A stretch of 37,348 bases of DNA, taken from a virus. Its lineage: Duplodnaviria; Caudoviricetes. The stretch spans positions 1 to 37,348 of IMG/VR virus record IMGVR_UViG_3300038316_000088; one strand, 5' to 3'. The notes under the pieces are model-generated. The model saw nothing but the letters and a program-made list of their open reading frames with translations. It did not search any database and was not told where the DNA came from. Positions 26,213 through 37,106 of this stretch are shown in pieces. Position 1 is the first letter of the stretch. The number at the start of each line of letters is the position of its first letter. The position numbers and the translations under genes are program-made.

Positions 26213-27535
26213 ATGGCAGATGAAATGCAATTACAACGTGTTATAGGCGTTGTTGAAGAAGAAAATTATGGAACAGCCCCTGCTGCTGGTGCGCCGGATT
26301 TTCATATTGAAGTCACAAAATCCAGTATATCAATAGATGGGGAGCCATTAGAATTAGAAAGCGGGTTAAGCCGTGACCTACGAACCGTACGGCCCGGGGC
26401 GTATGTGCCACAACCAGAATTTGAAGGAGTTGTGGATCTGAAAACCATTGGCCACTTCCTAAAGGCCGCCCTGGGAGAATATGTTTACACTGCAGGATCC
26501 GCAGGGGCTATGAACACTCATGAAATTTATGGCCTTAACAACATGTTATTGCCCTCACTAACCCTGTACGGCCACTTTGACCTTTTCATCAAAGAAGTGA
26601 CCGGGTTCATGGTTGATGAGATAAGTATTGAAGTCTCAGACGAATGGATGACTATCAGTGTTAAGGGTGTGGGGAGTAAGGATAGCAAAGTAGATGAAAT
26701 GCCAGACCCCACCGAGTTGAAGCTCATCGAAACAAGTATACCCATAGCATTCTATGATGTGGCCCTAGAATTCGATGGAGAGGTGCCAGCAGGGGTTATT
26801 TCAAGCTTCAAATGGAGTCTGAAAAATAACCTGGATGTGGATAAGGCTAAAGGAATTGGCAGTCGATTTGTACAGGCCAAACCCATAGCAGGTAAACGTG
26901 AGAATGAACTGGAAATCGAAACCAGCCTCGAACCTGACACTCTGAAATATATTGAAATGTTTGAATATGGTGAAGAGGGAGCTAGCGAACCATCCGCATG
27001 TAAATTAACCACAGCACCATTTAAGGTGGTTATAAGTGCCTGTGAACGTCCAGATGAGAAACTTACAATTAGTTTCCCAGACAACTTATGTACTATTGAA
27101 TATGATGCTAGTGGCAGTGACCCTATTGAACCCAAAATCACACTTAAATCATTAGCAACCACCAACACCACACTTAAAGACGCCGATACAGAAGTTCTAG
27201 CTGCCGTGGTATGCACCTTGGAAAATAACATGCCAGAGATTAAACCGGGCGGTGTGGATATGTTAATTGAACCCGTGGCCGCATTCAGCGGAACACCACT
27301 TAATGGTGAAGCTCCATTAACTGTTCAATTCATCAATGCCTCGACAGGTGAGGGTAACGTGTATGACTGGGACTTCGGGGATGGTAGTAGCCATGTTTCA
27401 ACTGTCAGCCCACAACACACCTATACAGAGGCTGGAACTTACACTGTCACCCTCATAGCAACTAACAGCGAAGGAACCGATACTGAAGAGAAAGTGGAGT
27501 ATGTGGTAGTATCTGAAGAAGAAAGTGGAGGATGA
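26213..27535 (+). CDS. Major tail tube protein with C-terminal PKD domain
   Basis: EENYGTAP N-terminus; PVAAF..APLTVQF..WDFGDGS..P.HTY..AGTYTVTL PKD signature. Confidence 0.88.
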   Translation: MADEMQLQRVIGVVEEENYGTAPAAGAPDFHIEVTKSSISIDGEPLELESGLSRDLRTVRPGAYVPQPEFEGVVDLKTIGHFLKAALGEYVYTAGSAGAMNTHEIYGLNNMLLPSLTLYGHFDLFIKEVTGFMVDEISIEVSDEWMTISVKGVGSKDSKVDEMPDPTELKLIETSIPIAFYDVALEFDGEVPAGVISSFKWSLKNNLDVDKAKGIGSRFVQAKPIAGKRENELEIETSLEPDTLKYIEMFEYGEEGASEPSACKLTTAPFKVVISACERPDEKLTISFPDNLCTIEYDASGSDPIEPKITLKSLATTNTTLKDADTEVLAAVVCTLENNMPEIKPGGVDMLIEPVAAFSGTPLNGEAPLTVQFINASTGEGNVYDWDFGDGSSHVSTVSPQHTYTEAGTYTVTLIATNSEGTDTEEKVEYVVVSEEESGG

Positions 27536-28007
27536 TAATTTGGTACTTTCTAAAAAGGAAATACAAGGTGGAATAAAAGCAACCAGCGATGTACACATAC
27601 CCAGCCTTAACGGTGAGGTGAGAATAAGACCCATCAGCAGCAGGGAATGGCAGCAAGTACAGGAAATCGAGAGTAAAGCCTTTGGCAAAATACAGACCGG
27701 GGGTATGAATGTTAACCCCCGAGCCAAAAAGGAGGCTATGGGTCAGGAGGTTATGAAAAACCTTAACATGAACATGGACCTGGCCAAACTGTCCAAGTCA
27801 GAGTATGATGCTAAGGTGAAATGCTTAACCTACGGCCTATCCATACTGGATGGTGAGAAATGGACTGAGCAAGATGTTCATGAACTGGCAATGATCACGG
27901 TTGACGAGATTTACAGTGAAATTCTCGCAATCAGTGGCATACCTGAAACCAGCCAGGCGGCTAAACAGTTGAAGGGCGAATTGGAATCCTTTCCTGAAGA
28001 CGGGTGA
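27525..28007 (+). CDS. Tail assembly chaperone (G-like)
   Basis: Between tail tube and tape measure; GEVRIRPIS motif. Confidence 0.8.
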   Translation: MEDDNLVLSKKEIQGGIKATSDVHIPSLNGEVRIRPISSREWQQVQEIESKAFGKIQTGGMNVNPRAKKEAMGQEVMKNLNMNMDLAKLSKSEYDAKVKCLTYGLSILDGEKWTEQDVHELAMITVDEIYSEILAISGIPETSQAAKQLKGELESFPEDG

Positions 28008-28152
28008 AGGTCAGCAGATGGCATGGAATGACCATTTTGGTTATAAACTCGCCATGTGTCAGGGTGACTTAACTCCTTTGCAGGAGTTGTGGGTTGGTCT
28101 TAGCCAGGGTTATGTTCATAACAAGTTGAACGACCCTAAAAGTAAAGGATAA
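27991..28152 (+). CDS. Frameshift extension of the tail chaperone (T-like part, 53 aa)
   Basis: +1 frame from TCC TTT C reads FLKTGEGQQMAW...GDLTPLQELW...KG*. Confidence 0.7.
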   Translation, partial: FLKTGEGQQMAWNDHFGYKLAMCQGDLTPLQELWVGLSQGYVHNKLNDPKSKG

Positions 28153-28289
28153 AATGCCATGCAGAGGGGTTCATTCCCCCTTTATCCTTCCTTTATTTTA
28201 TTTTTTAAGTGTTATTATTGTTTGTTTTATTATTTTCATAAATCATTAATTACCCCCTATTAATTTACGATATTTCGGAGCTCTATAAG

Positions 28290-31200
28290 ATGTCTGCATT
28301 GATGGAAATCATTATCAAAGGAGTGGATCAGGCCTCCACAGTCGCTGATAAAGTAAGTGGCAAATTTGTGGGAGCCGCTAGTAAGATAGACTCTGCCCAT
28401 AAGAAGGCCACACAATCCACTGAAAGATTATCTCAATCATATCAGAAGATGGGATCATCTGGGATGAGTGCTTATGCTAGGTTGACTAGTAAACAGCAAC
28501 AGCATTATCAGAATCTCTCGAAGAGCCAGGCTAAAATTGAGAGTTTAGCATCCAGTGGCACACGCATGGGAAACCTCATCAGCCGTGGGTTGGAAACCGC
28601 TAACAATGCCGGTAATAGAGTTAGGGCAACAGCTTCTAAAGTTAAAACCACTCTTGAACAAACACGCCTTGGAAGCTCATTTATCAGCAGCCTTGAAAGT
28701 GCTAACAGTAAGGTAACAGCGTTCAAAGCCAAATTTGACACTGTGAAGAGTAAAATAACAGAAGTTGGAAGCCGTATTGGTAGTAGCATTGGCCGTGGCC
28801 TGGACATGGCCCGGAGCAAAATAGACAGCCTCAATGAGAAACTAGGCACTATGGGTAATATCATCACCAGTGCTGTGGGCATGATCGGGATGGCTGGTAT
28901 TTATGACCTCACTATCGGGCTTGGTATGGCTCGGGAGCAAATGTTAACCCTCATGACCGCCACGACTGGCAGTGCTTCGGCGGCTAATAAACTTGTGAAC
29001 CAGTTGGACCAGATCACCAACAAATCAGTTGTAGGATTATCCGAGTTGGGTAATGCTATGAACAATATCAAGATCAGCACTGGCATGTCCACTGATCAAT
29101 TGTCTAAGATTGCCCCTACCGTGGATAAGGTGGGCCAAGCCGCCATCCTCATGGGTAAAGACACTACTATGGCTCAGGAGCTGATGACTGCATCATTCCG
29201 TGGTTTGAACGGTGAGTTTGAAATGCTCAAAACCAATTTTGGTATCACTAAACAGACATTGATTGATGCGGGTTGGAGTGGTGCTAAGGATGACGTGGAC
29301 GGATATAACGCCGCTTTGGCTAAGGTGTTGGATAAAAACCTTAACCTTGATGGTGTGATGGACAGTACCACTGGTAAGATTGAGAAAATTAAGAAGGCCT
29401 TCCGTACTGCTGGTAAAACTATTGGTGAGCAGGTTGTACCGTATATTGAGAAGGCAGCGGAATGGTTTCTGGCCTTGACTCAGCAGTTCCCGGGTTTGAC
29501 TAGTGGTATGATTTTAGTGGCTGCTGGTTTAACTGGTTTTGCTATTGCATTACCCATCTTGGGTAGTGTGATTGGAGGGCTTAAATCATTAGCTATATTT
29601 TTAGGGATTGTTAAAACAGAAGAAAATGCTTTGACTCTTGCCCAGGTACGAAATAAGGTTGCCACTGCAGCCAGCACTGTTTGGAGTTATGCTAAAGCCG
29701 CCGCATTAGCAGTAGTGGGAGCAGCCCAACAAGCGTATAATTTTATCATGGCAGAGGGAACGATAGCCACTAAGATAGCTACCGTGGCCCAGTGGCTTTG
29801 GAACGCCGCATTAGCTGCTAACCCTGTTGGAATAGTTGTAATAGCGATAATAGCATTGATAGCAATCTTAGCTTATTTATATACTAGTAACGAAACCGTC
29901 CGTAACGCCATTAACTGGTTATGGGGTGCACTACAACAATTAGGAGGTTACATCTACGGTGGATTATTAGCTGCGTGGAACGCCCTAGTCGGTGCCCTGG
30001 GCTGGGTTTGGAACATACTCGTCCAAGTCGGAGGCTACATAGGTGGAGTGTTAATAGCAGCATGGAACAGTATGACCACAGCATTAGCACCAATAACCGC
30101 CGCCCTGGGTAGATTATGGGCTGCATTGCAACAAGTCTTCGGCGGATGGCTTAGCGGTAAAGCTAATGAGACTAATGGAATACTCGGAGCCCTGGGCGGT
30201 GCCTTTGGTGCGTTATGGGGGGCAGTATCCCAATTAGCAGGAGTTATTGGGGAGGTGTTAGCCCCCTATATTGCTCAGTTAATGGTGGGGTTACAGATAT
30301 TATGGAATTTCCTATCAGGGGCGTTCAGTGCTGTTTGGACCACCCTCAGTGGAGTTATATCTGCCTTTGTCAATTACATAGCCACATTTATAGGGTTATT
30401 AGCTGACCTGATAAGTGGAAACATAACAGCAACAGAGTTCATGAGCCAGGCATGGGCTGCGTTCCAGGAAATGATAGGCCAAGTCCTTGGAGCGGTTATG
30501 AGTGGTATTGGAACATTTGTAATCCAATTAATACAAGCCGCCACCAGGGCCGCTATGGGAATGTTAAACTCATTCATAGAATTCCTACCACAAATCCCTG
30601 GCAAGTTTGCAGAATTCCTAGGATTTGCCATAGATAGCATCCTTAAGTTTGGTTTTGATGTTATGACCACTCTTAACACGTTAGGATGGCAATTGATTAG
30701 TTGGGTTATTACCACAGGTATCAACTTCATCCTCAACCTTGGAATGTGGTTATACCAATTACCTGGCAGGGTTTGGACATGGTTATGGTTAACCATTCTT
30801 AAAGCCATTGCATGGAGTGTAGCCCTCCGAGCCTATGCCATCCAAGCTGGGAGCAATTTCATTAAGAATGTCATCCAGTTCATTCAACAATTACCTGGTA
30901 AAATATGGAGACTTCTTTTGGGTGCTATTAGTTACATTGCCAGCTTCGCAAGTCGTGCTGCTAGCATGGCTCGATCCGCAGGTTCGAGGATTCTCACTGG
31001 TTTGGTTGGTGCTATCACTGGTTTACCTGGACGGGTTTGGAATATTCTCATGCAGATTTATAATAAATTAGCAAGTGCCGGTGGGCAACTATACAATGCA
31101 GCGGCTAGTCTTGGTAAACAGATATGGGATGGATTCAAGGCAGGATTGGGTATTCACAGTCCATCATATCTTGAGAAAGCTATTGATGCCATTATTGAGA

Positions 31201-31490
31201 AAAGTCACACCCTACCCATTGAAATGAAAACTGATGCCAAAGCATTAGAGAAGATTAACTGGAAAAGTGGAGCTCCCGGATTCAATGGGAGCACTAACAA
31301 ATCAACTGCTAGTGGAGATGGAAGTAAGGTAGTGGAAATTAACATCAACCTCAAAGGAACACCACAAGGGAACAGTGATATTGAAATAGCTAAGCAACTT
31401 CTTAAAGGAATTAAGGATGAACGTGTGTTGAAGGAGATTAACATTGGCCTTGGACGTATAAATGGTAACATAAAAAGGAGTATGGGATAA
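28290..31490 (+). CDS. Tape measure protein
   Basis: 1066 aa, Ala/Gly-rich and helical, ANPVG motif, periodic W/F repeats, C-terminal LGIHSPS. Confidence 0.95.
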   Translation: MSALMEIIIKGVDQASTVADKVSGKFVGAASKIDSAHKKATQSTERLSQSYQKMGSSGMSAYARLTSKQQQHYQNLSKSQAKIESLASSGTRMGNLISRGLETANNAGNRVRATASKVKTTLEQTRLGSSFISSLESANSKVTAFKAKFDTVKSKITEVGSRIGSSIGRGLDMARSKIDSLNEKLGTMGNIITSAVGMIGMAGIYDLTIGLGMAREQMLTLMTATTGSASAANKLVNQLDQITNKSVVGLSELGNAMNNIKISTGMSTDQLSKIAPTVDKVGQAAILMGKDTTMAQELMTASFRGLNGEFEMLKTNFGITKQTLIDAGWSGAKDDVDGYNAALAKVLDKNLNLDGVMDSTTGKIEKIKKAFRTAGKTIGEQVVPYIEKAAEWFLALTQQFPGLTSGMILVAAGLTGFAIALPILGSVIGGLKSLAIFLGIVKTEENALTLAQVRNKVATAASTVWSYAKAAALAVVGAAQQAYNFIMAEGTIATKIATVAQWLWNAALAANPVGIVVIAIIALIAILAYLYTSNETVRNAINWLWGALQQLGGYIYGGLLAAWNALVGALGWVWNILVQVGGYIGGVLIAAWNSMTTALAPITAALGRLWAALQQVFGGWLSGKANETNGILGALGGAFGALWGAVSQLAGVIGEVLAPYIAQLMVGLQILWNFLSGAFSAVWTTLSGVISAFVNYIATFIGLLADLISGNITATEFMSQAWAAFQEMIGQVLGAVMSGIGTFVIQLIQAATRAAMGMLNSFIEFLPQIPGKFAEFLGFAIDSILKFGFDVMTTLNTLGWQLISWVITTGINFILNLGMWLYQLPGRVWTWLWLTILKAIAWSVALRAYAIQAGSNFIKNVIQFIQQLPGKIWRLLLGAISYIASFASRAASMARSAGSRILTGLVGAITGLPGRVWNILMQIYNKLASAGGQLYNAAASLGKQIWDGFKAGLGIHSPSYLEKAIDAIIEKSHTLPIEMKTDAKALEKINWKSGAPGFNGSTNKSTASGDGSKVVEININLKGTPQGNSDIEIAKQLLKGIKDERVLKEINIGLGRINGNIKRSMG

Positions 31491-31492
31491 AC

Positions 31493-31681
31493 ATGACAGG
31501 ATTGGACGAACACAACCCCACCAGTTGGGGTGTACTTGGAAATTTAGTTAATACGGATATAGGGGAGCCTAAAAGTACAACTCCATTCACACCTTCTAAT
31601 TGTAGTCTTACTTTGGGTGTTCCGGTTTTGATTGACGGTCACACCTTAACACCGTTAAAGGTGGAGTCGGATTGGCCTTAA
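31493..31681 (+). CDS. Short tail-region ORF (possibly a gene fragment)
   Basis: Starts 2 nt after the tape measure stop; 62 aa. Confidence 0.5.
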   Translation: MTGLDEHNPTSWGVLGNLVNTDIGEPKSTTPFTPSNCSLTLGVPVLIDGHTLTPLKVESDWP

Positions 31682-31708
31682 AAATAAAATGTATGGAGGA
31701 CTGATAAT

Positions 31709-31996
31709 ATGGCAGCAGGAGACAACGTAAACGCGTATAATAGTGTGGCAAACGGAGCATACCTTAACATACAACCCGGAGCCGGGGCGGTGTGGCAAAT
31801 ATTCAACTTATACTTTGGTGATGACTGGGAGTTATACCTTAGTAATGGAACCAACAACATTAAAATAGATGGGAACTATGGCAGTGGTTCTATACAGAAA
31901 AGAAGTATGGTAGTGACCAACACCCAATACTTAAGAATTAAAAATGTAAGTGGGGGAAGTAGATTCTTCGGATATGATGGGGTGATCTGGAAATGA
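31709..31996 (+). CDS. Small beta-rich virion protein
   Basis: GGAGG RBS; Gly/Asn/aromatic-rich. Confidence 0.7.
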   Translation: MAAGDNVNAYNSVANGAYLNIQPGAGAVWQIFNLYFGDDWELYLSNGTNNIKIDGNYGSGSIQKRSMVVTNTQYLRIKNVSGGSRFFGYDGVIWK

Positions 31997-32553
31997 TACA
32001 GGATAATCTTGTTGCTGGCAACCCCTACGAAGTGATTTATGCAGATAACATCCCCTCTGGTTCTCCGGTGGCTTCTTTGGATGTGGAATTTCTTGCAAAC
32101 AAGTATGACACCATCAATATACAACTTGTTGGTTTTTGTAATGCTAACAATGGTAAGAGGCAGATATACTACGATTTGGACACTCCACATAATTGGAGTG
32201 CTTGTTACGATCATGGTGGGATTGCTAACAATGCTAACTTTGAAATCGGGGGTGGCTATGGAGCCAAGACGTATGCACTACTAGCACATTGTTCCCTTAC
32301 TGGAAACTTTAATTTCGCAATCAACCACACCCTTTACCTTAACCCGGGAGTTGTAGGGTATATTAATTCCCTCGGAAATTATTTAATAAGAAGAAGTGAG
32401 GGCTATTACGCGGCTAATTGTGGGAACATATCCACAACAAAAACACCCCCTGTGGAACCCACCACTATCACAATAGGGGTTACTGGCGATGGAACATCAT
32501 TTTATGGTGGGATTAAAGTTATTGGTGAGCGTAGAATACTGGAAGGATGGTAA
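31993..32553 (+). CDS. Beta-rich virion/receptor-binding candidate
   Basis: GGGGTGA RBS; composition and location in the tail module. Confidence 0.65.
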   Translation: MIQDNLVAGNPYEVIYADNIPSGSPVASLDVEFLANKYDTINIQLVGFCNANNGKRQIYYDLDTPHNWSACYDHGGIANNANFEIGGGYGAKTYALLAHCSLTGNFNFAINHTLYLNPGVVGYINSLGNYLIRRSEGYYAANCGNISTTKTPPVEPTTITIGVTGDGTSFYGGIKVIGERRILEGW

Positions 32554-32580
32554 ACAAAGATTAGAAGGAGTATAATTATA

Positions 32581-35103
32581 ATGGTATATCTTACAACTGA
32601 TGGACGGCTGATAATAAGCGGCCTTAAAAGTGATGAGGGAGACCTCATAAGAACCGGAACCTTATGGCTGGTTGATGGTACGCCTCTTATACTCCCAGTT
32701 GACCATAACATACCAGCCTATGCTATCACCAGCACACTACATGATAAGGGCCTTGTTGGTGACATACTAAGCTATAACATTAAAATAGAGTGCACTAACA
32801 ATGTTGACCCTGGCAACGCCCTTAACGTGTCCATACCCATCCCCGCAGGGTTTACACTTGAAACATGGAACAGTGACAATGGAACGTATAATACAGATAC
32901 AAGTACATGGACTCCTATCATGGAAGGCCAGGAATGCAGTATTAACATTATTGTAACTTGCACCACCACCGGATCACAAAGCCAAACCGTGACTTTGAAT
33001 GATACTGGTGATTCTTTAACCTCTACGTGTACGATACAAGCAACAGATACGGATGGGGCTATTTATTACACTGACATTCCAGTAACAAACGTTAATACTT
33101 TGGCTAATCTCCAAGACGGGGAAACCTACACCGTAATGGTGTATGGTTATGTGAATGATTCCACCCTTGGAGCAATCCATGACGGGGTTTATAACAACCG
33201 TATGAGCGTTCTTAATGAAGATTTGTTTGATAATCTTGTTGATGGTAACATTGCAACCGCAACAAGCAAACTTAAAAACACGTCAAAATTCTCAGGGTTC
33301 GGGGCCACGATTTCGAGTTCGGATGATATTGTCGATATTGAAACGGGGAAAACAAAAAGCTTAAAAATAGTTACTGATGGCTTAGGGGCTTCGGAGGGAT
33401 ACAGATTATATGCAAACGCACCCCCCGCAACCCCTGGAAAAGAATATACTATTAAATTAAGATTTGCAGGAGCTTCAGGAACAGTAAGGGTATATCTTGC
33501 TTTTAGGGACATTGTTGTAAGTACCATAAAAACCTTTTATTCTTCAAATATTACTTTGGATGGTTCGATTAAAGAGGTCACTGTGACGGGAACAGCCCCG
33601 GCTAACACTGTTTATCTTGATGCTTTCATAGCAACAGATAGCACACAATCTATAACTTACTATTTGCTAGAAACAATCGTGTTAGAAGGAAGCAGTGTTC
33701 CGGATTTCAATTATATGGAAATTAACACTGGGGATTTGATTGTAGGGGGAAATAGATACATTGGTGAAAAAGTAAGTGTGGAAAGTCAATATCAGAAATT
33801 AATATTACCCTTCCAATATGATTCAGCAAACCCTCTCACAATAAGGTTGTATGGGCAGTATGAATCTATAAGCACCGCATGTGATGACCGCTGGGCAGGT
33901 ATAGGGTTATACCAAGGATACCAAACAATATACAGTGCACCGGAAAACCTCCTAGAAACACCAGGAGCACTCCTAAACGATTCAAGTTATTCAGATATCA
34001 CGCTAGAAAGTGAGGGGATGAGTGCTGAATACGAGTACCACGTCCCTATCTCAGCATTCACAAATCCCCTCAATTTCTATACAGGGATAGAGGTGAAAGT
34101 TAACAGTTTCGGAGCAAGTAACAGTGGAATGCAAGTAACAATAGAAAGTAGTGATGGAACAGTAAGCCATTCAATGTCCAGTTTTGTCAGTAGAACCGGC
34201 CAAATCACCTTTGGGGACATGATGGACTTGTGGGGTTTGACAACTAAAAACATTGATGGAAAAACCTTGACAGTTAAAATCAGGTTCAAAAACACCGGCC
34301 TCAGTGAAAAAACATTAAGTTATGGCAATATTTCTCTCGTTTTATATTATGTCACAGACCAGACAGGGGACACTCCGGGATTCACAGCTAAAGGCATCCA
34401 CAGCAGCAACTATCAACTACGAGTCTTAGAAATAGAGGTTCCCGAAGGCCCTGATCGGGATGTGGGAACAGTGAACTTCCCATTATCGGATGGAGAAACA
34501 ATAGTCAACTATTCATTGAAGAGTAAGGAGATAAAGATCATATTTGCAGTGGTGGGTGATACCCTGGCAGAGGCTAAACAAATCCTCCGAAACATCAACC
34601 AATGGCTAACCAACACCCGAAATAATTTATCCATACCCACTCCATACCCCCTTATACTTGACTTTGAACCTGATATGAGTTATGACGTGATTCTGGGCGA
34701 ATCCATAGAGACTGAAATTAAGTATGCTTCAATAGAATGTGAAGTGACATTAACTGTTGAATCTGGTGTGGCCTTAACCACAGAGGCCAAAATAACAGGG
34801 CCTGTGGGGAGTAATGATGGTATTGTCAAGGTCAAACCAATAGTAACTATTTTGGCCAGTGGTGCGGCCAGTATAACAGTGTTCGACAATGTAAGCGGTC
34901 AGAGCTTAACAATCAACCACACCATCCCTGATAACACCACTCTTTTAATTGATTGTGAGGATAGAACAGTAACTGACACCACAGGCACTGATTACACCCA
35001 ATACGTGGATATAGAGAGCATATGGTTTAATTTCACCACCAACTACAGCCTAACATGTACGGGTGGGGTGGTTCAAATGGTAACATTCCATGAGGGATAC
35101 TAA
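32581..35103 (+). CDS. Distal tail protein with N-terminal DUF11-like and carbohydrate-binding-like modules
   Basis: VGD.LSY.I...IPAGFTL...GTY....TW (DUF11-like); TPGKEYT...VTGTAPAN (CBM-like); C-terminal F..GIHSS...DG...KEIKI Dit pattern. Confidence 0.75.
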   Translation: MVYLTTDGRLIISGLKSDEGDLIRTGTLWLVDGTPLILPVDHNIPAYAITSTLHDKGLVGDILSYNIKIECTNNVDPGNALNVSIPIPAGFTLETWNSDNGTYNTDTSTWTPIMEGQECSINIIVTCTTTGSQSQTVTLNDTGDSLTSTCTIQATDTDGAIYYTDIPVTNVNTLANLQDGETYTVMVYGYVNDSTLGAIHDGVYNNRMSVLNEDLFDNLVDGNIATATSKLKNTSKFSGFGATISSSDDIVDIETGKTKSLKIVTDGLGASEGYRLYANAPPATPGKEYTIKLRFAGASGTVRVYLAFRDIVVSTIKTFYSSNITLDGSIKEVTVTGTAPANTVYLDAFIATDSTQSITYYLLETIVLEGSSVPDFNYMEINTGDLIVGGNRYIGEKVSVESQYQKLILPFQYDSANPLTIRLYGQYESISTACDDRWAGIGLYQGYQTIYSAPENLLETPGALLNDSSYSDITLESEGMSAEYEYHVPISAFTNPLNFYTGIEVKVNSFGASNSGMQVTIESSDGTVSHSMSSFVSRTGQITFGDMMDLWGLTTKNIDGKTLTVKIRFKNTGLSEKTLSYGNISLVLYYVTDQTGDTPGFTAKGIHSSNYQLRVLEIEVPEGPDRDVGTVNFPLSDGETIVNYSLKSKEIKIIFAVVGDTLAEAKQILRNINQWLTNTRNNLSIPTPYPLILDFEPDMSYDVILGESIETEIKYASIECEVTLTVESGVALTTEAKITGPVGSNDGIVKVKPIVTILASGAASITVFDNVSGQSLTINHTIPDNTTLLIDCEDRTVTDTTGTDYTQYVDIESIWFNFTTNYSLTCTGGVVQMVTFHEGY

Positions 35104-36369
35104 ATGATTGAAAAGGAACTAACCACCGCCATATTATCCCAGGATGAAAACCTCCTGGGCTTCCTGGACACCGACCGGGTGGAAATTAAGGAAAACGCAG
35201 AGTTATACAAATTAAGGAACATCAAATTATCTTACCCCATGTTCGACCCGGGTAGTGATGATCACACTAAATATAAGGATTGGCTTGTTTCAGGCAATAA
35301 AATATGGAGAACCGAAACCTGCGACGGTGTGCCCTGTTTATATGTTATTATGGGTGAAATAGAGTACGATTACTTAGAGAACACCATTAACTGTTATGCG
35401 GAGGAGGTGGCCACGGAATTATCACAATACAAGGTTTTCCGTAGCAGTGCATTTAATTGGACAGTGAACAGTAGCTTCATTAACACGTATTGTGGTGACC
35501 TTTTCACCCCTGGAGTGTTAACCGGCCCCGGGAGCACCACGACAACAGATTATAGTGGAGCATTAACCGCAATGGCCATACTCCGCAAGATTGAAGAAAA
35601 GCGTGGTGGAGAATTCCAATTCCGTTACGAATATAACCCTGTTAGTAAGGAGATAATAAGATATATTGACTATTTTGACAGTATAGGCACCACTCACACC
35701 ACAATCATAGACATGGCCTATAATGCCCGGAACATTGAGTTGAAGGTGAATGAGAGTTCAACAAGGATTGCAGCAGCCCCGGTTGGTCAGCCTAGTAATG
35801 ATAGTGATGAGTTTCATAAGAATATGAAGGCATTTGAGGACCAGGCTATCAGTACCAGTGTACAGATACCATTATATGTTACCCAAGATGATAGTGGAAA
35901 CCCTGTGAACGGCCCCCTAGTGTATCCTCCTTATAATAAAGGTGCGGGTGAGAACTTTGTTGAATGTGATAACACTGGTGACATAGTAGCGAATTATAAC
36001 TACATTAACGAAAAGGAAGGTGGAGGAAGCACATTCCCACGATTATACACCTTTGATACATCAGAAAACAATAAATACAACCTTTACTGGGAGTGTGTAG
36101 ACTTTATAAGACAATACCTTGAACCAGAGATCAATATTACCTGTACGGTTGTGGATCTGAAAAAGTTAGCAGACAAACCCTCGGAATATTATAATTTGGG
36201 GGACGTGGTTTTGATCAACCTCCCTATTTATGGGGTGATCAGTGCACGTATAACCACCACTACCAAAGACCCTCGGAGGCTTGAAAATGATAGTGTGGGC
36301 ATCGGTAATTATCAGACTGGCTTCCTGGAGCAACGTTATAAGAGTGCTGGTATGATTAATTTGGGTTAA
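35104..36369 (+). CDS. Tail tip/baseplate hub protein (Tal-like)
   Basis: Follows Dit; GGEFQFRY and YNLGDVV...RI......DP patterns. Confidence 0.7.
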   Translation: MIEKELTTAILSQDENLLGFLDTDRVEIKENAELYKLRNIKLSYPMFDPGSDDHTKYKDWLVSGNKIWRTETCDGVPCLYVIMGEIEYDYLENTINCYAEEVATELSQYKVFRSSAFNWTVNSSFINTYCGDLFTPGVLTGPGSTTTTDYSGALTAMAILRKIEEKRGGEFQFRYEYNPVSKEIIRYIDYFDSIGTTHTTIIDMAYNARNIELKVNESSTRIAAAPVGQPSNDSDEFHKNMKAFEDQAISTSVQIPLYVTQDDSGNPVNGPLVYPPYNKGAGENFVECDNTGDIVANYNYINEKEGGGSTFPRLYTFDTSENNKYNLYWECVDFIRQYLEPEINITCTVVDLKKLADKPSEYYNLGDVVLINLPIYGVISARITTTTKDPRRLENDSVGIGNYQTGFLEQRYKSAGMINLG

Positions 36370-36401
36370 ATAAAAAAAAGAGAGATGGAGGCGTATATGC
36401 G

Positions 36402-37076
36402 ATGTATTTTGATGAAGATAAAGGTGAACATGGTGGATACAGACGTTTAAAAGGAGATACTGTTGGTCCTTATGTGGTGGTGGTTGATGGTGAGGGTAAT
36501 CCCTTGGGCAACATCAAATTGGGTGCTGTGGAGTTGAAAGACGCAACAAGTGATAATCGTGTTGCAGTTGATAGTTCTGGCCGGTTAACATTAACCGCTG
36601 GTGAATTGCACCTTGGTGAGGTTGGTGGGAGTAGTAAGATTGTATCTCCCACTATTACTGTGGATACCGCTGCGTATGAAGCAGGGGATTGTGTTGGTGG
36701 TAAGGTTACCATTACGGATGCTATGAGAGTCATTGGAGGGTCTGGTGTCTTGCAGAGTTTGACTGTGATTGATGTGAGTAACACTAAACCCGCATTAGAA
36801 CTGTTACTGTTTAATGCTGACCCCACCGCAGCCACTTTAACCGACCAAGCCCCCATAGCCCTAAGTACCGATGTTTCCAAGGTAATACACCGCATACCAA
36901 TCTACACATACGATTACACCACCGTTGCAAGTGTAGCCTTTGCAGATATAAACATATCTAAAGTAGTTGAGGCTGTGGGAAATAAAAACTTGTACCTCGC
37001 AATTGCTGCGACTGGTGCTCATGAGTTTGTGGCTGCAACAGACCTTAAAATGAGTTTCGGATTCTTACAAGACTAA
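36402..37076 (+). CDS. Virion structural protein (minor tail/fibre-associated)
   Basis: GGAGG RBS; IGAVELKD-like and AYEAGDCVGG motifs. Confidence 0.6.
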   Translation: MYFDEDKGEHGGYRRLKGDTVGPYVVVVDGEGNPLGNIKLGAVELKDATSDNRVAVDSSGRLTLTAGELHLGEVGGSSKIVSPTITVDTAAYEAGDCVGGKVTITDAMRVIGGSGVLQSLTVIDVSNTKPALELLLFNADPTAATLTDQAPIALSTDVSKVIHRIPIYTYDYTTVASVAFADINISKVVEAVGNKNLYLAIAATGAHEFVAATDLKMSFGFLQD

Positions 37077-37106
37077 AAAATATCATAACCAAGGAGTGAT
37101 TATGTT

